From Octopus vulgaris (lineage: Eukaryota): DNA of 64,000 nt. A program made the translations under genes and the position numbers. Under the pieces are notes generated by a model. That model did no database searches, was not told the origin of the DNA, and worked only from the letters and a program-made list of their open reading frames with translations. Positions 13,752-26,562 of the stretch are shown piece by piece. The stretch spans positions 71,796,001-71,860,000 of the forward strand of contig OX597814.1 of NCBI GenBank assembly GCA_951406725.2, given 5' to 3'. Each line of letters begins with the position of its first letter. Position 1 is the first letter of the stretch.

Positions 13752-15760
13752 CTAGAAAATGCAACATCTATATCAGTTTTTTTATTGAAAAATTGCTATC
13801 TTTTGAATAGACACAAGAAAATAGACACAAGAAAACTTTGCAAAGAAAGGTATGAAAATGGTATTTATTTTCTCTACAAACCAAAATTGATGCCACTAAG
13901 ATTTACCCATGATAAAACTAATAAAGTAAGATTAATTTCATGCTCCATCACTGAAATATGAATCCAACAACAGGAAAATCTACTTTTCACTGAGAAACTC
14001 GCCCTTCACAAGAATAGTTTAACAAGTCATGGTTACTTTTTTCTTAATATTTTACATTGCAATTTTGTTTTCCACATGATATGCTAGAGTAAGAATTTTC
14101 CAGCAAAATGATCTCAATGTCAATCATTTGACTAACATTAAAACCTTCAACTCAAAAGAGAAAGTCAAGTTATGTATCTTATCTAATGGAATAATGGAAA
14201 TCATCCAATTCTCTTTGACTTAGTTACATCAAATGAGAAAGTATGCTGCCCAAATACCATAAGGTTCCTTTTAGATAGAAAAACTGTAAACTCAGAAGAA
14301 TAAAGATTTGTAATCTCAGAATTCCAAATAAAAAAGAGTTGCTTCAATCAGATAAATAACTTTCTTCCACATGTAGTTTAGAATGAATCTTAACTGAAAG
14401 AGCTGTGCTGCTTCAAGAATGAGAGCAAGGAATTCCTACATCATAAACATGATCAGCTATAAATAACAGCCAAACTCATGTTAAATCTATTTATTTAAAA
14501 CACAAGAACACAATAAATAATGTGACCCTTGATACACTATTTCTCAATAAAAGATGATCTTGATGCTAAACATCAGTTGAAAGAAAAAACTTTGTGAATT
14601 TTCAAAAAGTACTTAGTCAAAATTATCTAGGTCTTGAAAACATACAGTTTTGACAATAAGATTACAGGGCTTTAAGAAACTTACTAAAGACAGTAAGTTT
14701 TTGCATCTAAGAGAAGAAAACAGGAAGATTGTGTTTTTACATATTCCTATATATAAACAGAATATTTGATCTCTCTATCAAGATATACATAATGGCTTTA
14801 GCTGAGAAAATATGCTAAAGATAGTTAAGGTTCCATAGGATGATATATAATTAGAGAAATTTAGGAAAAATGGAGAGTCAAATGACTTGTATAAGAGTGA
14901 GTGTTGTTGGCTGTGGTGGCAAGTATGTCATTGATATGTGTGCGTGTGTAAGAAATAATTAAGATTCAGTTGAATTAGGTCAGTCCAGTATTGTCCACAC
15001 AGCTCAAAATTAGGTGAATAGAAAGCAAATAAGTAACAAGGATGTCCAGGTATTAGAGCATTATGGCTGTTCCAAGCGGCTTCATTTAATCAATCAATGC
15101 AAGCATTACATCAGTTTGAAATAACCCACTTTCCTTGGATGCATAACACCATATAGGTTTTCAGCATACAGGATACTCCATTATAATCTTTTAGCAAATT
15201 TTTCATCAGAACTAGAGAATAAAAGAAATACATGCTTATTGCTACTATTGTAGCAGAATGAACTTAGGGAGAAAATACAGAAAGCCTACTATAATTTGGA
15301 GTGGCAGAAGAAAATAACAATGGGGGTCAAGATATGGTAAAATAGCTACATTCCTTTTTCTCCTTAACACAATTAAAAGATCCAATGCAGCTGGTATTCT
15401 ACAGCTACTTAGAATTAATATCACTGGGATTTGACAGTTAAGTTCTCCATGCTGGTGATAAATTAATTAATGTCAGATATTCTTGCCCTATTTTACTGTG
15501 ACTATAAATTCACCATGACTACATAAAAAAAACATGCCTCAGAAGATACCAGCAAGATAATGGTATATATACAGAAAGAGAAATGGCAGGGGTGACTTAA
15601 ACTATATTATGATTATCAATTAAAAGGGGGCTAAAATAGAAAACAAAGGAGGTCGGGCATTAAGGGTAAGGGAGAGGGGGAATAGTATATCTAAATTGAG
15701 CAGATAATATGATATATTTGCAGAGAGGTTGCAGTCATCTCAGCGAGCGAGGCAGGCTAC

Positions 15761-15806
15761 CCTGAACTGACGATGAGCAATACACTCAGAAACATATGTC
15801 TTCAGG
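15761..15806 (+). ncRNA. Type I hammerhead ribozyme, predicted cleavage after 15800
   Basis: CCTGAA-CTGACGA-TGAG caataca CTCA-GAAAC atat GTC-TTCAGG: complete core, stems I and II paired, short palindromic stem III. Confidence 0.9.
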
Positions 15807-16102
15807 TGCCTTGTCCTGGCTTGTGGAGGTGATTGCCTCCCCTTTGCAAATATAAGGACACAGAAAATGTGTCAAAGCCGAGAGACGTCGATGTTTCCTA
15901 GGGCTAAATGGCGGTGGTGTAATTCCCTTACGGGACTGTCACATTGAGTTGACAGTATACGACCACTATATCGCTTCACCACCGCTCTGAGACATTTAGA
16001 AATTCAATATTTCTAATTTCGGTGATCAGTAAATAAATTTTACTGATAATATGATATATTTGCAGAGAGGTTGCAGTCATCTCAGCGAGCAAGGCAGGCT
16101 AC

Positions 16103-16148
16103 CCTGAACTGACGATGAGCAATACACTCAGAAACATATGTCTTCAGG
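16103..16148 (+). ncRNA. Type I hammerhead ribozyme, predicted cleavage after 16142
   Basis: Identical to 15761-15806. Confidence 0.9.
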
Positions 16149-17027
16149 TGCCTTGTCCTGGCTTGCGGGGGTGATTGCCTCCCCTTTGCAAATATAAGGA
16201 CACAGAAAATGTGTCAAAGCCAACAGGAGATGTTGATATTTCCTAGGGCTAAATGGCGGTGGTGTAATTCCCTTACAGGACTGTCACATTGAGTTGACAG
16301 TATATGACCACTATATATATTATTATATTTTATATATTAAATAATAAAATTTAGAAAGGGATTTAAGGACCAAGTAAAGAGAAGCCGGACAGATAAACCA
16401 ATGTAAGCTCTAAAAAGTGGGGTACTTTTATATAAAATAGAAGCCTCATAATGCTTCATCCTAGCATACTGTTATGGTGATCTTGATAAAACTATTCAAC
16501 AATGAACCCATAATTAAATTCAGATTTCATCCAAGAAGGGCTACACATTTTCTATTGACTGAAAACCAAAGATTAAGAGCAAAAAATAAGACAATCAATT
16601 CTATGACAGATAAACTTATTTAAAAACCTTGGAAAAATGTAACTAAATAAAAAAATTTCCAACATTACGAAAAAATTTTAAAGGATATAAGAAGGTATAA
16701 AAATATCACATATATACACAAAATAAATCATATATATATGTATATATAAAAATATATATATTATAATTATAAAATGTAAATACAAATAAATAAATCATTT
16801 TACATAATAATATCAGGGTAATTAAGATTATAGAAATTTTTACTATCAGTGGCCTAGCATATAGAAAAGTTAGTCAATAGACTATATATTATTCATATAA
16901 AATACAGTGTACATTTAAACACATTAAGAGGTATCCCTTATGCTAGAAAGAATAGCTAAAGTTCAAACCACTAATTAGGGATAAATTCTGCAAGGGAATG
17001 AAAAATAAAAACATTTACCATCTATTT

Positions 17028-17097
17028 CCTGGACCATGGTTTCTGACTTTTTTTTAGCAAATAAAATAATTTGCCAGGTGAAGTCTTCATCAACTTG
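17028..17097 (-). ncRNA. Degenerate hammerhead motif
   Basis: TTGATGA-aGACTT..AAGTCa-GAAAC catg GTC; palindromic ACCATGGT; C3U change and broken stem I. Confidence 0.5.
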
Positions 17098-17884
17098 ATA
17101 GCTTTTCCGAGAATAGCTGAGATTCTTCAGCTATTATAGGAGTTATTTTATGCTTGAAGAGGTGCAGGGCAGTTACAAGTAAACTACTTGGGTGACTTGG
17201 AAGACTGAGATTTTGTTGCTTATAAGGATGTAACAGGACAAACTCAAAAGAAGAGTTTCAGCCCAATTGTTTCTGATAATCAGGATTGAAGTAAATGTAC
17301 TACCAGGAATAAATGGCATAAAACTAGAGGAGTTCCAACCAGTCTGCTGACTTAAAGTGCTCTAGGTCAAGGGAAAGTGGGTGCTAAGTGCTAATATATA
17401 TTCCTACTCCCCTTCCTTTTGTATTCCTAGATTTGCAAAAAATTTGCACCCTTAATACTGAAAATATCTTCATTGTGATCTTTCTTTGTCCACATTTCTG
17501 GAACACAAATCACTCAGAATTGAGTAAAAAATTAGAATAATAACTTGCAGTCAAGCTGTGAATATTGATATGCAAAACAGAAAAATTTGTGCATTTTGAA
17601 CTGAATGTGTTTTCAAACCTAGTTAAATCCCAAAGTACAAGCCACAGGGATTTGAGTTTTGGTACAATTGTAGTAGGTATAGAACTAAATAAATCCAGAG
17701 ATTTTGGAACATGACTCCATTACAATAAAATTCTAATGGACTAATAAAAATGACTATAGCTAGTGGAGTATAATCAAACAAAAATGGAGATTTAGCTGTT
17801 GTTTCTAGCACATCCCACAACCACCTGCAACTTTTCTCGGGATTTTATGTAGACCTAGATTAAAAAACAAACAATATGTGAATC

Positions 17885-18503
17885 TGGGTTAGAGGGAGAC
17901 CCAGGAAGACACGTGATGAGGTGGTGAAGCATGACCTTTGAATACTGGACCTCACAGAGGCAATGACAAAAAACTGAAACCTCTGGAGGTATGCTGTGAC
18001 TGAGAAGACCCAGCAAATAAAGTGAGTCCACAGCTGTAACATACACCAGAGTCACATAACCAGCCCACTCAAAAGTACCTTGGATTGTAGGGTGACATGC
18101 CGTGCTTGAAGAGACCTATTGAGTCAAGTACATCAACATCAACAGCAATATCAAAATCAAATCAAATGGAAATTGTAGTTGTGAGCCCTGTGCTGGTAGC
18201 ACGTAAAAAGCACCATCCGAATGTGGCTGATGCCAGTGCCACTTTGACTGGCATCCGTGCTGGTGGCACGTAAAAAGCACCATTCGATCATGGTCGATGC
18301 CAGCTCCTCTGGCCTGTGCCCGTGGCACGTAAAAAGCACCCACTACACTCTTGAAGTAGTTGGCGTTAGGAAGAGCATCCAGCTGTAGACACACTGCCAG
18401 ATCAGATTGGGGCCTGGTGCAGCCTCCTGGCTTCCCAGACCCTAGTCAAACCATCCAACTCATGCCAGCATGGAAAACGGACATTAAACAATGATGATGA
18501 TGA
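17885..18503 (+). mobile_element. RTE 3' fragment
   Basis: RGRPRKT*DEVVKHDL remnant, three UTR hairpin units, (GAT)n tail. Confidence 0.88.
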
Positions 18504-19789
18504 CGTGAAAACTAATTCTTTGCTTTAAGCATTAAAAACATAAATTAAAGACATTAAAACAACTGTAACTTACAACAAACTCACTAATATGAAAGAGAGA
18601 AAAAACCCAAAATGAATGTGTAAATACTACCGACTATATTCAAAACTGAGATTAGAAATATATCATATCTGACTTCAATAATCTCCAAAATCATATTAAT
18701 TGCACAATATAATTTTTATAAGTGAAATTTGACCAATATTTCTTACAGGAAAATTAAATTTACATGTACAAGAATATTAGCTAGGTTTACCTAGTGCCTC
18801 TCCACATGTTTTCACAACAGCAAGAGGGAAGAAACAACAATCTCAATATGACAAATCCATGCAAAGTTTGGGCTCAATTTAGTGCATTTTTGGATAGAAA
18901 TATATGTTTACTTAGTAATTAGTTCATCCATTTCTTGAAATTCTGGCTCATTCTCGAAATTCAATCCCTTGGATTCCTGTCCTGCTTGACCTCTTGCTGT
19001 GCACACATATATATCAGTTTGGCAAGTAGCCTCAGTATTCTACCTTCTTTACTTGCTTTGCACTCTTTTGCCATATTGTGGTCAATTCAGCAATAACAAT
19101 ATTGAATTTGTCATAAAAATCTTGAAGAAAATATGTTCCTTTCTAAGTGAAAATGAACGAAAATTTTCACTTTTATAGTTCATAATGATTATCTGACTTA
19201 CCGCCATTGATTTTCATTCATATCAAAATAAAGCAAAAACATTCCTCTTCATGACTGCATGATTTTCCTCTCTGGTCTTGTCCTGTCTATTTCATCTTGT
19301 ATCCCTATCCTGCAGTATGTATCCCTATCTGCACAGGCATTTGCATCTCTCTCTCTCTCTGTCATGTGCATGTGTATGGGTTAGTATATTACAGTTTGTA
19401 GCCATGTCTTTGAATTTAACTCATTTTTGGATTACCTTGAAAACATCGTGTCAACATGGATATAGTAATTTGAATGGTATTTTCTGTATCTAAATATGCT
19501 GACGCAACAAACACAACAGTCAGCTTTGTAGAGATGTTATTTTTTTTATCTGTATTTTTGTTATCTAATATTCTGAATTACTTGAAATTCTTCTAAATAA
19601 TATTCGGATCTACTTGTCACACATGAGGAATTACCATGTTTATGTATTCTAATTGCAATTATTGGTGTCTAATTGTTTGATATAATTGACTAAATTCATT
19701 TAAAACTGAGCACTTTATATCTGCCTGTATTTTTTAATCCCTTTTGTATTCTGATTATATACTCTATTATTCTTTTCATTTAGAGTGCT

Positions 19790-22140
19790 TACAGTGGATT
19801 ATCCTTGAAATTGGAGAAAGTGTTTATGGATGCATCTTTAAAGGACATACGTTTACCACCTAAAAAAGAACATATAAAAAATCTCACTGATAAGACCCAC
19901 TCACTTATTCATCACACAGGATGGTGTGCACACTACTTTGACAAGAAGAATGGTTGTGATGGTTGATTTAATAATGATCTTAATAGTATCAAACAAATAT
20001 TTATGTCCTGAAGGTTAACTTTGGAATATTGTTAAAAATGTTAAATTCCATTGATTCCCTGTGAGAAGAAACCTTCATCTAAGAAAATTGCAGCAATTAT
20101 TGAAAGAATTTAGGATAAACCTGAAATATATGTTCATGCCGATAAAACTAGAAACCTTTATCATTTGGAACCTGAAATATACTTCTCTTTACTTAAAAAA
20201 AAACAAATTGCAATGGGTTATAAAATGACCTCTGAGGAAAAATGACTTAACATTTATTTAATTGTGAAAGACATAGTTGAAGATTTACAAGCTGACAATT
20301 GAACCTTACACTCACAAAACACCCAGAATTAACTTAAAAGATCATAAATACTGATCCACAAGTTAGACTTATTTGCCCATCTAAATCAGATATTGGTGTG
20401 ATTAGTAAATTTATTATTGATAAACATATTCCAAAGCTTAAACAAAATATTGATTAATCTTTATGGTCTTGGAAGTTATTGATTGGTTCATTAATATTAA
20501 GGATAAAAACATACTAAATTCATTCAGTTGGATATATCAAATTATCAGTCATCCATCAACCCTATACTACTAAATAAGGCTTTAATTTTAGGAAGAATTC
20601 AGATTTATCCAAATGTGAAGTTGATATAATACTAAAGGCTAGGAAAACCATAACTGAATTCGATTAAAGTACTACAATAGAACTGATAGACCTGATTATT
20701 TCAACATTACTATGGGCTCCAGTGACTCAGTTCAAGTAACCAATTTAGTGAGTATTTATATTCTTAATTGTATACATAGTGAAATTCCCAAATTATGAGA
20801 TGGATGATATGAATAGAGATTATGCTCTATTCATAAATATAGATTTCATAAGATTAATTTAGAAAGGTGATGACAAAATCTTTTCAAATTCTTTAACCCT
20901 TTTGATACTAACCCGGCTGAGAGTACCCATTGTTATTTAAATGTGAATTTAAGCACAAATCTCATTAGTACATTTGTGAAAATACGGGATTTCACTTTGT
21001 AAATAGTTGAGTTGTAGTATCTGACATTGCTTGACGTGATATCTGAACTTGGTGAATTTTGGGAGATTATTTTCCACATTTTCTCGGCATCGATTTTTCT
21101 TCAACTTTGAAAATGGATAGGAGTTTCATGTTATCAAGCAGTGATTCTGAATTTAAAGCTTTTTCAACGGAAAATATGGAGATATCGAGAAAAAGAATGA
21201 ATGAGGTACAAAAGCATGTGGTGTACAATAATGAATAGGATATTTCTGTATCTGAAACTGAAAGCAGCGATTCTGAAGAAACAAAGCAGCGATAGAGACA
21301 GCAAAGACAATTTTACATCGGAATGAAGTAAAAACTTCAAAAATGTTTTTATTAGCAATTTTTCTGAGGAGATAGAGTCTATCCATAGTCTTTCTTAGGA
21401 AGTGAAACCATTAGACTTTTATTTTTTTCAGTATGCTTGTTTGAAGCGATCACTGGATTTAAGTACTGAACTATACCAACCATATCATAAACCAAATGAG
21501 TGCTTAAGGTATGAGAATAAAAATTCTAATCATCCTAGAAGCATCATAAATTCAATCATTAAAAATATATCAACTCATATTTGAAGGTTTTTGGGTAATG
21601 AGGATTTATTTACACTTAAATCAAAATTACTATAGCCAAGCATTATTTGAAGCTTGGTCTAAAGACAAAATTTACAGTATCCAGAATCAAAATAATAATA
21701 AAATTCTTGGAAATGATAGAATATTAAATAAGTTGGAACTTGACAGGGAGTGTAATAAAAATAAATGCATAAAGCAATCTTCTTCTTCTTCTTCTTAGGA
21801 GGAGGAGGAGGAGGATGGAGGGGAGAGCAGGAGGATTCTACTGATATTTATAAATTTAGGAATAAAAATTATGGTAGGAAAAATCCAATGCTAACAATAA
21901 TAATACTAAGAAAAGCATATATATAAATAACAGAAAGAATAAATCAAGAGATATTATCTGGTATAATGCATCATTCACATACTCAATACCTACCAATATT
22001 CCTCAAAAATTCTTTGCTGCACTAGATATGTATTTCCTACCTTCAAGTATGTGTGGGAAATTATTTTATTGCCATAGTATAAAATTTTCATATTCAACCA
22101 CCATAAATTTAACTGAGATTATAGTAGGACATAATAAATG
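19790..22140 (+). mobile_element. Degraded Penelope-like element RT region, related to 3528-7396
   Basis: VHADKTRNLY, RLICPSKSDIG, FIQLDISNY, FNITMGSSDS, YQPYHKPNE...NSNHPRSII; many stops and frameshifts. Confidence 0.7.
20893..21450 (+). mobile_element. Old piggyBac-like remnant nested in the PLE
   Basis: Starts TTAA-CCCTTT; acidic SETESSDSEETKQ and KPLDF pieces resemble the transposase N-terminus at 38480-39544; right TIR not seen. Confidence 0.45.
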
Positions 22141-22343
22141 GAGAAGTTTATATGTATATAATGAATGGTAGACTGTATCCTAAATTAAAACAGAAGATAT
22201 CAGCTGTGTAATAATTTTCACATTTCTGTGTTGTTAGATTCAAATGAATGAATTGAAGAGGAAGCTGTCTTGTTCAGAATCAATGAATTAACTATACTAC
22301 ATTAACCTATTTCTCTAAATAAATGAGAAGTAAAATAACTTAC

Positions 22344-22516
22344 TTGGTCAGGATAATTTGGGTTCAAGGGATTTTGATATTTAAGCCAATGTAGTCCAGC
22401 AGGTCGGTCTTCTACTCTACACTGATTCACATTTGTCAGTGCTGCACTGAGACCTGCCCACCATCCAATTAATCCAGATTTGGTACCATTAGCAATCAGG
22501 CATGTATTTTGTGGAT
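22344..22516 (-). CDS. MEGF8: MEGF8-like exon, 173 nt, phase 1-0
   Basis: ctttacag|AT CCA...CAA|gtaagt; PQNTCLIANGTKSGLIGWWAGLSAALTNVNQCRVEDRPAGLHWLKYQNPLNPNYPDQ; compare recalled MEGF8 GWWG...C....PGLHLLTFQQPPNTSQPDK. Confidence 0.87.
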
Positions 22517-22784
22517 CTGTAAAGTCCAGAAAGATAGTAAAGCTATTCTCAATAAATCAGTTACAACAGAGTAATTCTTTATTTTCATAATCATGAATAA
22601 ATGAATGAGTGGGTGGTTTTGAATGGATGGATACACACTTACACAAATATAGCACATGTACACTTAATAAGAAAATGGAGGAATAGATTTCTTTCAATCA
22701 TCAAACAGAATAATACAGAATAAAACAGTACACATCAATAAGTAAGATAATACCATAAGAACAATACATATAAATATAAAATGG

Positions 22785-22916
22785 ATCTTACAGCTGTTTC
22801 AGCCTGTAGATAAGAGTATCTCATTATACTCCTATTAGTCAGATGTATTGAGGTAATATGCAGTTATAAATGAGTTACTTATATATATATATATATCTCA
22901 AGGCCTCATCAAAGAT
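22785..22916 (-). ncRNA. Hammerhead motif with long stem II insertion (C3U variant)
   Basis: ATCT-TTGATGA-GGCCT...AGGCT-GAAAC agct GTA-AGAT; perfect palindrome ACAGCTGT in stem III. Confidence 0.65.
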
Positions 22917-23566
22917 TATAAAGTACAATTATAAAGGTATAAAATGAAGATATAAAGTGCAAATATGAATATTAGAGAAGGTACACATATACAAAAATAA
23001 GTATATATACATATACATATAAGTGTATATACACCAACATATACATATATATAAGTATATACATAATAATATACATACACATAAGGTTACAGTTAATCAG
23101 ATCTATATACTAGAATATACATACATATATCCACATCAAAGTGTACATATACAAAGTCTAGAGATCATTGTATTACATTACAAGAGGCTATTATTATTAT
23201 TATTATTATTATTAATACCAATAAAAGAATATGTGCATTCTGCTATTCACAAAACATAGTAGATGGAAAGTACCACATAAAATACAGCACCAGCATAATA
23301 TAATACTATACAGTATAGCACGCCAGTAAATTACTTAATTCAATATAAAATATTCAATAAAATAATGCTAAATAATGTATAAAAAGTCACAATATACCAT
23401 GTCATAAATATATATTATACAGCTAAAAACGACAATTTAGTATACATCTACATTTATATATATACACACACACAAGTACCAACTAGCATATATGCATATA
23501 CATACATTGCGCATGTATGTATATGCATGTGAATATATGCTAGTTGGTACTTGTGTGTGTATTTAG

Positions 23567-25870
23567 CCAGAGGGGAAGCAGATAAGAAAAAATTTGCCAA
23601 TGTTCTGTGCTGTGAGTACGAAAGACTTGAGGTATTTTGTGTTGCAAGACAGTGTGTGTGAGAGAGAGTCGTGATGTGGTGGGAGAAAAATGTGTCTGCA
23701 TGGATGATGGCTCACTTGTGTTTAATGAGGCTGTAAAGAGAGATACTTGTGAGGCCACTATGAAAGGTTGCTAAATGACGAGAATGAATGGAAGAAACAG
23801 AGACTGCCGAATGTTGACCCAACAAAAGGAACAGCTATCCGAATTGACAGTACTTTGGGAGATAAAGCAATTAAGGGTTTCAAGACAGGGAAAGCCCTCG
23901 GCCCATCAGGAATCACTGCAGAGATGCTTAAAATATCTGGTAGTGTCGGCTATAGTGTCATCACCTGTATAGTCAATCAGGTGATACATGAAGGAGTCAT
24001 GCCCAATGACTGGTGTAGCAACACCCATAGTCAACTGCTACAAAGGTAAAGGTGATGCATTAGATACAAATAATTACAGAGGTACCTAGTTGTTGGACAA
24101 GGCAATGAAAGTCACGGAGAGGGTCATAGCCCAACTACTTAAGGAGAGAGTCATTTTAGACAAGATGAAGTTTGGATTTGTGCCAGGGAAAAGCACCACT
24201 GATGCTATATGTCTGGTAAGACAGTTACAGGAGAAATACCTAGCCAAAGATAAACCTATGTACCTGGTTTTGTTGACATGCAGAAAGCCTTTGACAAGCT
24301 CCCCTGATCCCTTATCTAGTGATCAATACAGAAACCAGAGATAGATAAGTGGTTAGTGAGAGCTGTACAAGCTATGTACAGGGATGCTGTCAGTAAGGTG
24401 AGGGTTGGCAACGAGTACATTGAAGAAATCCGGGTAGGGGTAGAGGTCTACCAAGGATCAGTCTTCAGCTCCCTCTTATTGATCATAGTCCTCCAAGTAA
24501 TAACAGAGGAATTCAAGACAGATTGCCCCTGGGAGCTTTCCTTTGCTGATGACTTTGCTCTAATTGCTGAGTCACTATCAGAACTCATTGAGAAGTTTCT
24601 GGTGTGGAAACAAGGTCTAGAATCGAAGGGCCTTAGAGTCAATCTAGCAAAAACCATAAGTAGGAAGGCAGAGAAACCACAAAAACCTTCAGGTAGATGG
24701 CCCTGCTCAATCTGTAGGTAAGGCGTAGATAGAAACACCATAAGATGTACCCAGTGTAAACTATGGATACATAGGAGGCGCAGCAATATCAAGGCTAACT
24801 GGGAATGCTCAGGGGCAATCAACACTGAAAATGTGCAGAAAACATCATCTGTCACATTCCAGGGGAAAAAACTACAAGTGGTTAATAGCTTCCATTACCT
24901 TGGTGATCAAGTCAGTAGCAGTGGTGGATGCTCTAAGAGTGTAGCTGCTAGAATAAGAATAACTTGGGTAAAGTTCAGAGAGCTCCTACATCCACTGGTG
25001 ACAAAGGACCTTTCACTCACAGTAAAAGGTAGACTGTATGACACATGTATATGAATAGCCATGCTACATGGCAGTGAAACATGGGCCATGACTCCTGAGG
25101 ACATGCGTAAGCTTGCAAGAAATGAAGCCAGTATGCTCCGCTGGATGTGTAAAGTCAGTGTGCATACACAACAGAGTGTAAGTGCCCTGAGAGAAAAGTT
25201 GGACATAAGAAGCATCAGATGTGGTGTGCAAAAGAGACGACTGCACTGGTATGGTCATGTGTTGCGTATCGATGAGGACAGCTGTGTGACAAAGAGTCAC
25301 ACCCTAGCAGTAGAAGGATTTTGTGGAAGAGGTAGACCCAGAAAGACCTGGGATGAGGAAGTGAAGCACAACCTTCGAACACTGGGCTTCACCGAGGCAA
25401 TGACAAGTGACTTAGACCTTTGGAGATATGCTGTGTTTGAGAAGACCCGGGAAGCCAAGTGAGACCATAACCATGGCCTATGCCAGTGCAGCATAACCAG
25501 CCCATTTAAGAGTACTTTTCAATTATCGGGCAATAAACTGCACTTGCAAAGACTTATTGAGACAAGTGAAGTTGTTGTTGAGGCTGATGACAGTAGTGCC
25601 TGTTTGATAAGCATGCTGGTGGCACATAAAAAGCACCATTCAAGCATGGCTGATGCCAGCACTGCCTGACTGGCAATTGTGCCAATGGCACACAAAAAGC
25701 ACCCACTACACTCTCATAGTAGTTGGTGTTAGGAAGGGCATGCTGCGGTAGAAATGTTGCTGGATCAGTTTGGAGCCTGGTGCAGCCTTCTGGCTTGCCA
25801 GCCCTCAGTCCAACAGTTCAACCCATACCAGCATGGAAAGTGGACGTTAAACGATGATGACAATGATGAT
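23567..25870 (+). mobile_element. 5'-truncated RTE LINE, frameshifted
   Basis: FGFVPGKSTTDAI, YQGSVFSSLL, FADDFALIAES, RGRPRKTWDEEVKHNL; (GAT)n tail. Confidence 0.92.
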
Positions 25871-25899
25871 GATATATATGTGTGTACATATATATATGT

Positions 25900-25944
<45 letters not shown>

Positions 25945-26050
25945 ATCCAAACAAGAAAATACAGAAAAAAAGAGAAAAAAACAGCAAAGCAGGACGTGAA
26001 ACAATTAAAGTATTATTGACGCTCAGGAAATATACATGTATGTATATATA

Positions 26051-26450
26051 TCTTTATATATAAAAGTAAAGTTGTGTGTCTGTCTCCTACGATTTAGATT
26101 CCTAACTACTCCCACATTTTGCGGTGCAGTTTAACCAAAACCGGGTATCTTATAGTCGTGATTCATATCGAGCCCTTCTGGGTATTAGCGCACGTCTACG
26201 ATGAGTCTACGATTTAAAAAAAAATTTACCATAATTTTACCGTATTTTTAATGCATTTTCGCTCGGTTTATATAAGGGAAGTAACTCTCTAAAAATGTAT
26301 TATTAAATCTCAGAACGTAAAAAGCTACAGTAACACCCCGCCCCCTTTGTGGTTAGCCATATTGAGATGGTTATTATACTTTACATCTCTAAAAATGTTT
26401 ATATAGTTATTTCCCTTACAAACCCTAGCAACGCCGGGTGATACTGCTAG
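26051..26450 (+). mobile_element. Non-autonomous Helitron
   Basis: a|TCTTTATATATAAAA...ccctagcaacgccgggtgatactgCTAG|t: 5' TC, subterminal GC-rich hairpin, 3' CTAG, A|T target. Confidence 0.75.
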
Positions 26451-26562
26451 TATATAATAATAATTAAAATGTAACAACAAAAGAATGAGACCTCAATATT
26501 AGAAAAATAGGGGATTATTTATATATGTTATAATTTAGAACAAACAGTAAAAGGTTGTCATT

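Larger units (their letters stand above)
15703..16316 (+). mobile_element. Retrozyme-like tandem repeat, about 1.8 copies of a 342-nt unit, each with a type I hammerhead
   Basis: 15703 recurs at 16045; the unit is almost entirely hairpins; ends at (TA)n. Confidence 0.85.

Noticed and set aside
15850-16045. Second ribozyme on the antisense strand of the 342-nt unit (ambisense, viroid-like)
   Set aside because: GAAACatcgacGTC is present on the minus strand but has no properly placed CUGANGA; other ribozyme classes need a covariance search
17100-17345. Coding-looking minus-strand stretch
   Set aside because: Stops in all three frames; the flanking exons join without it
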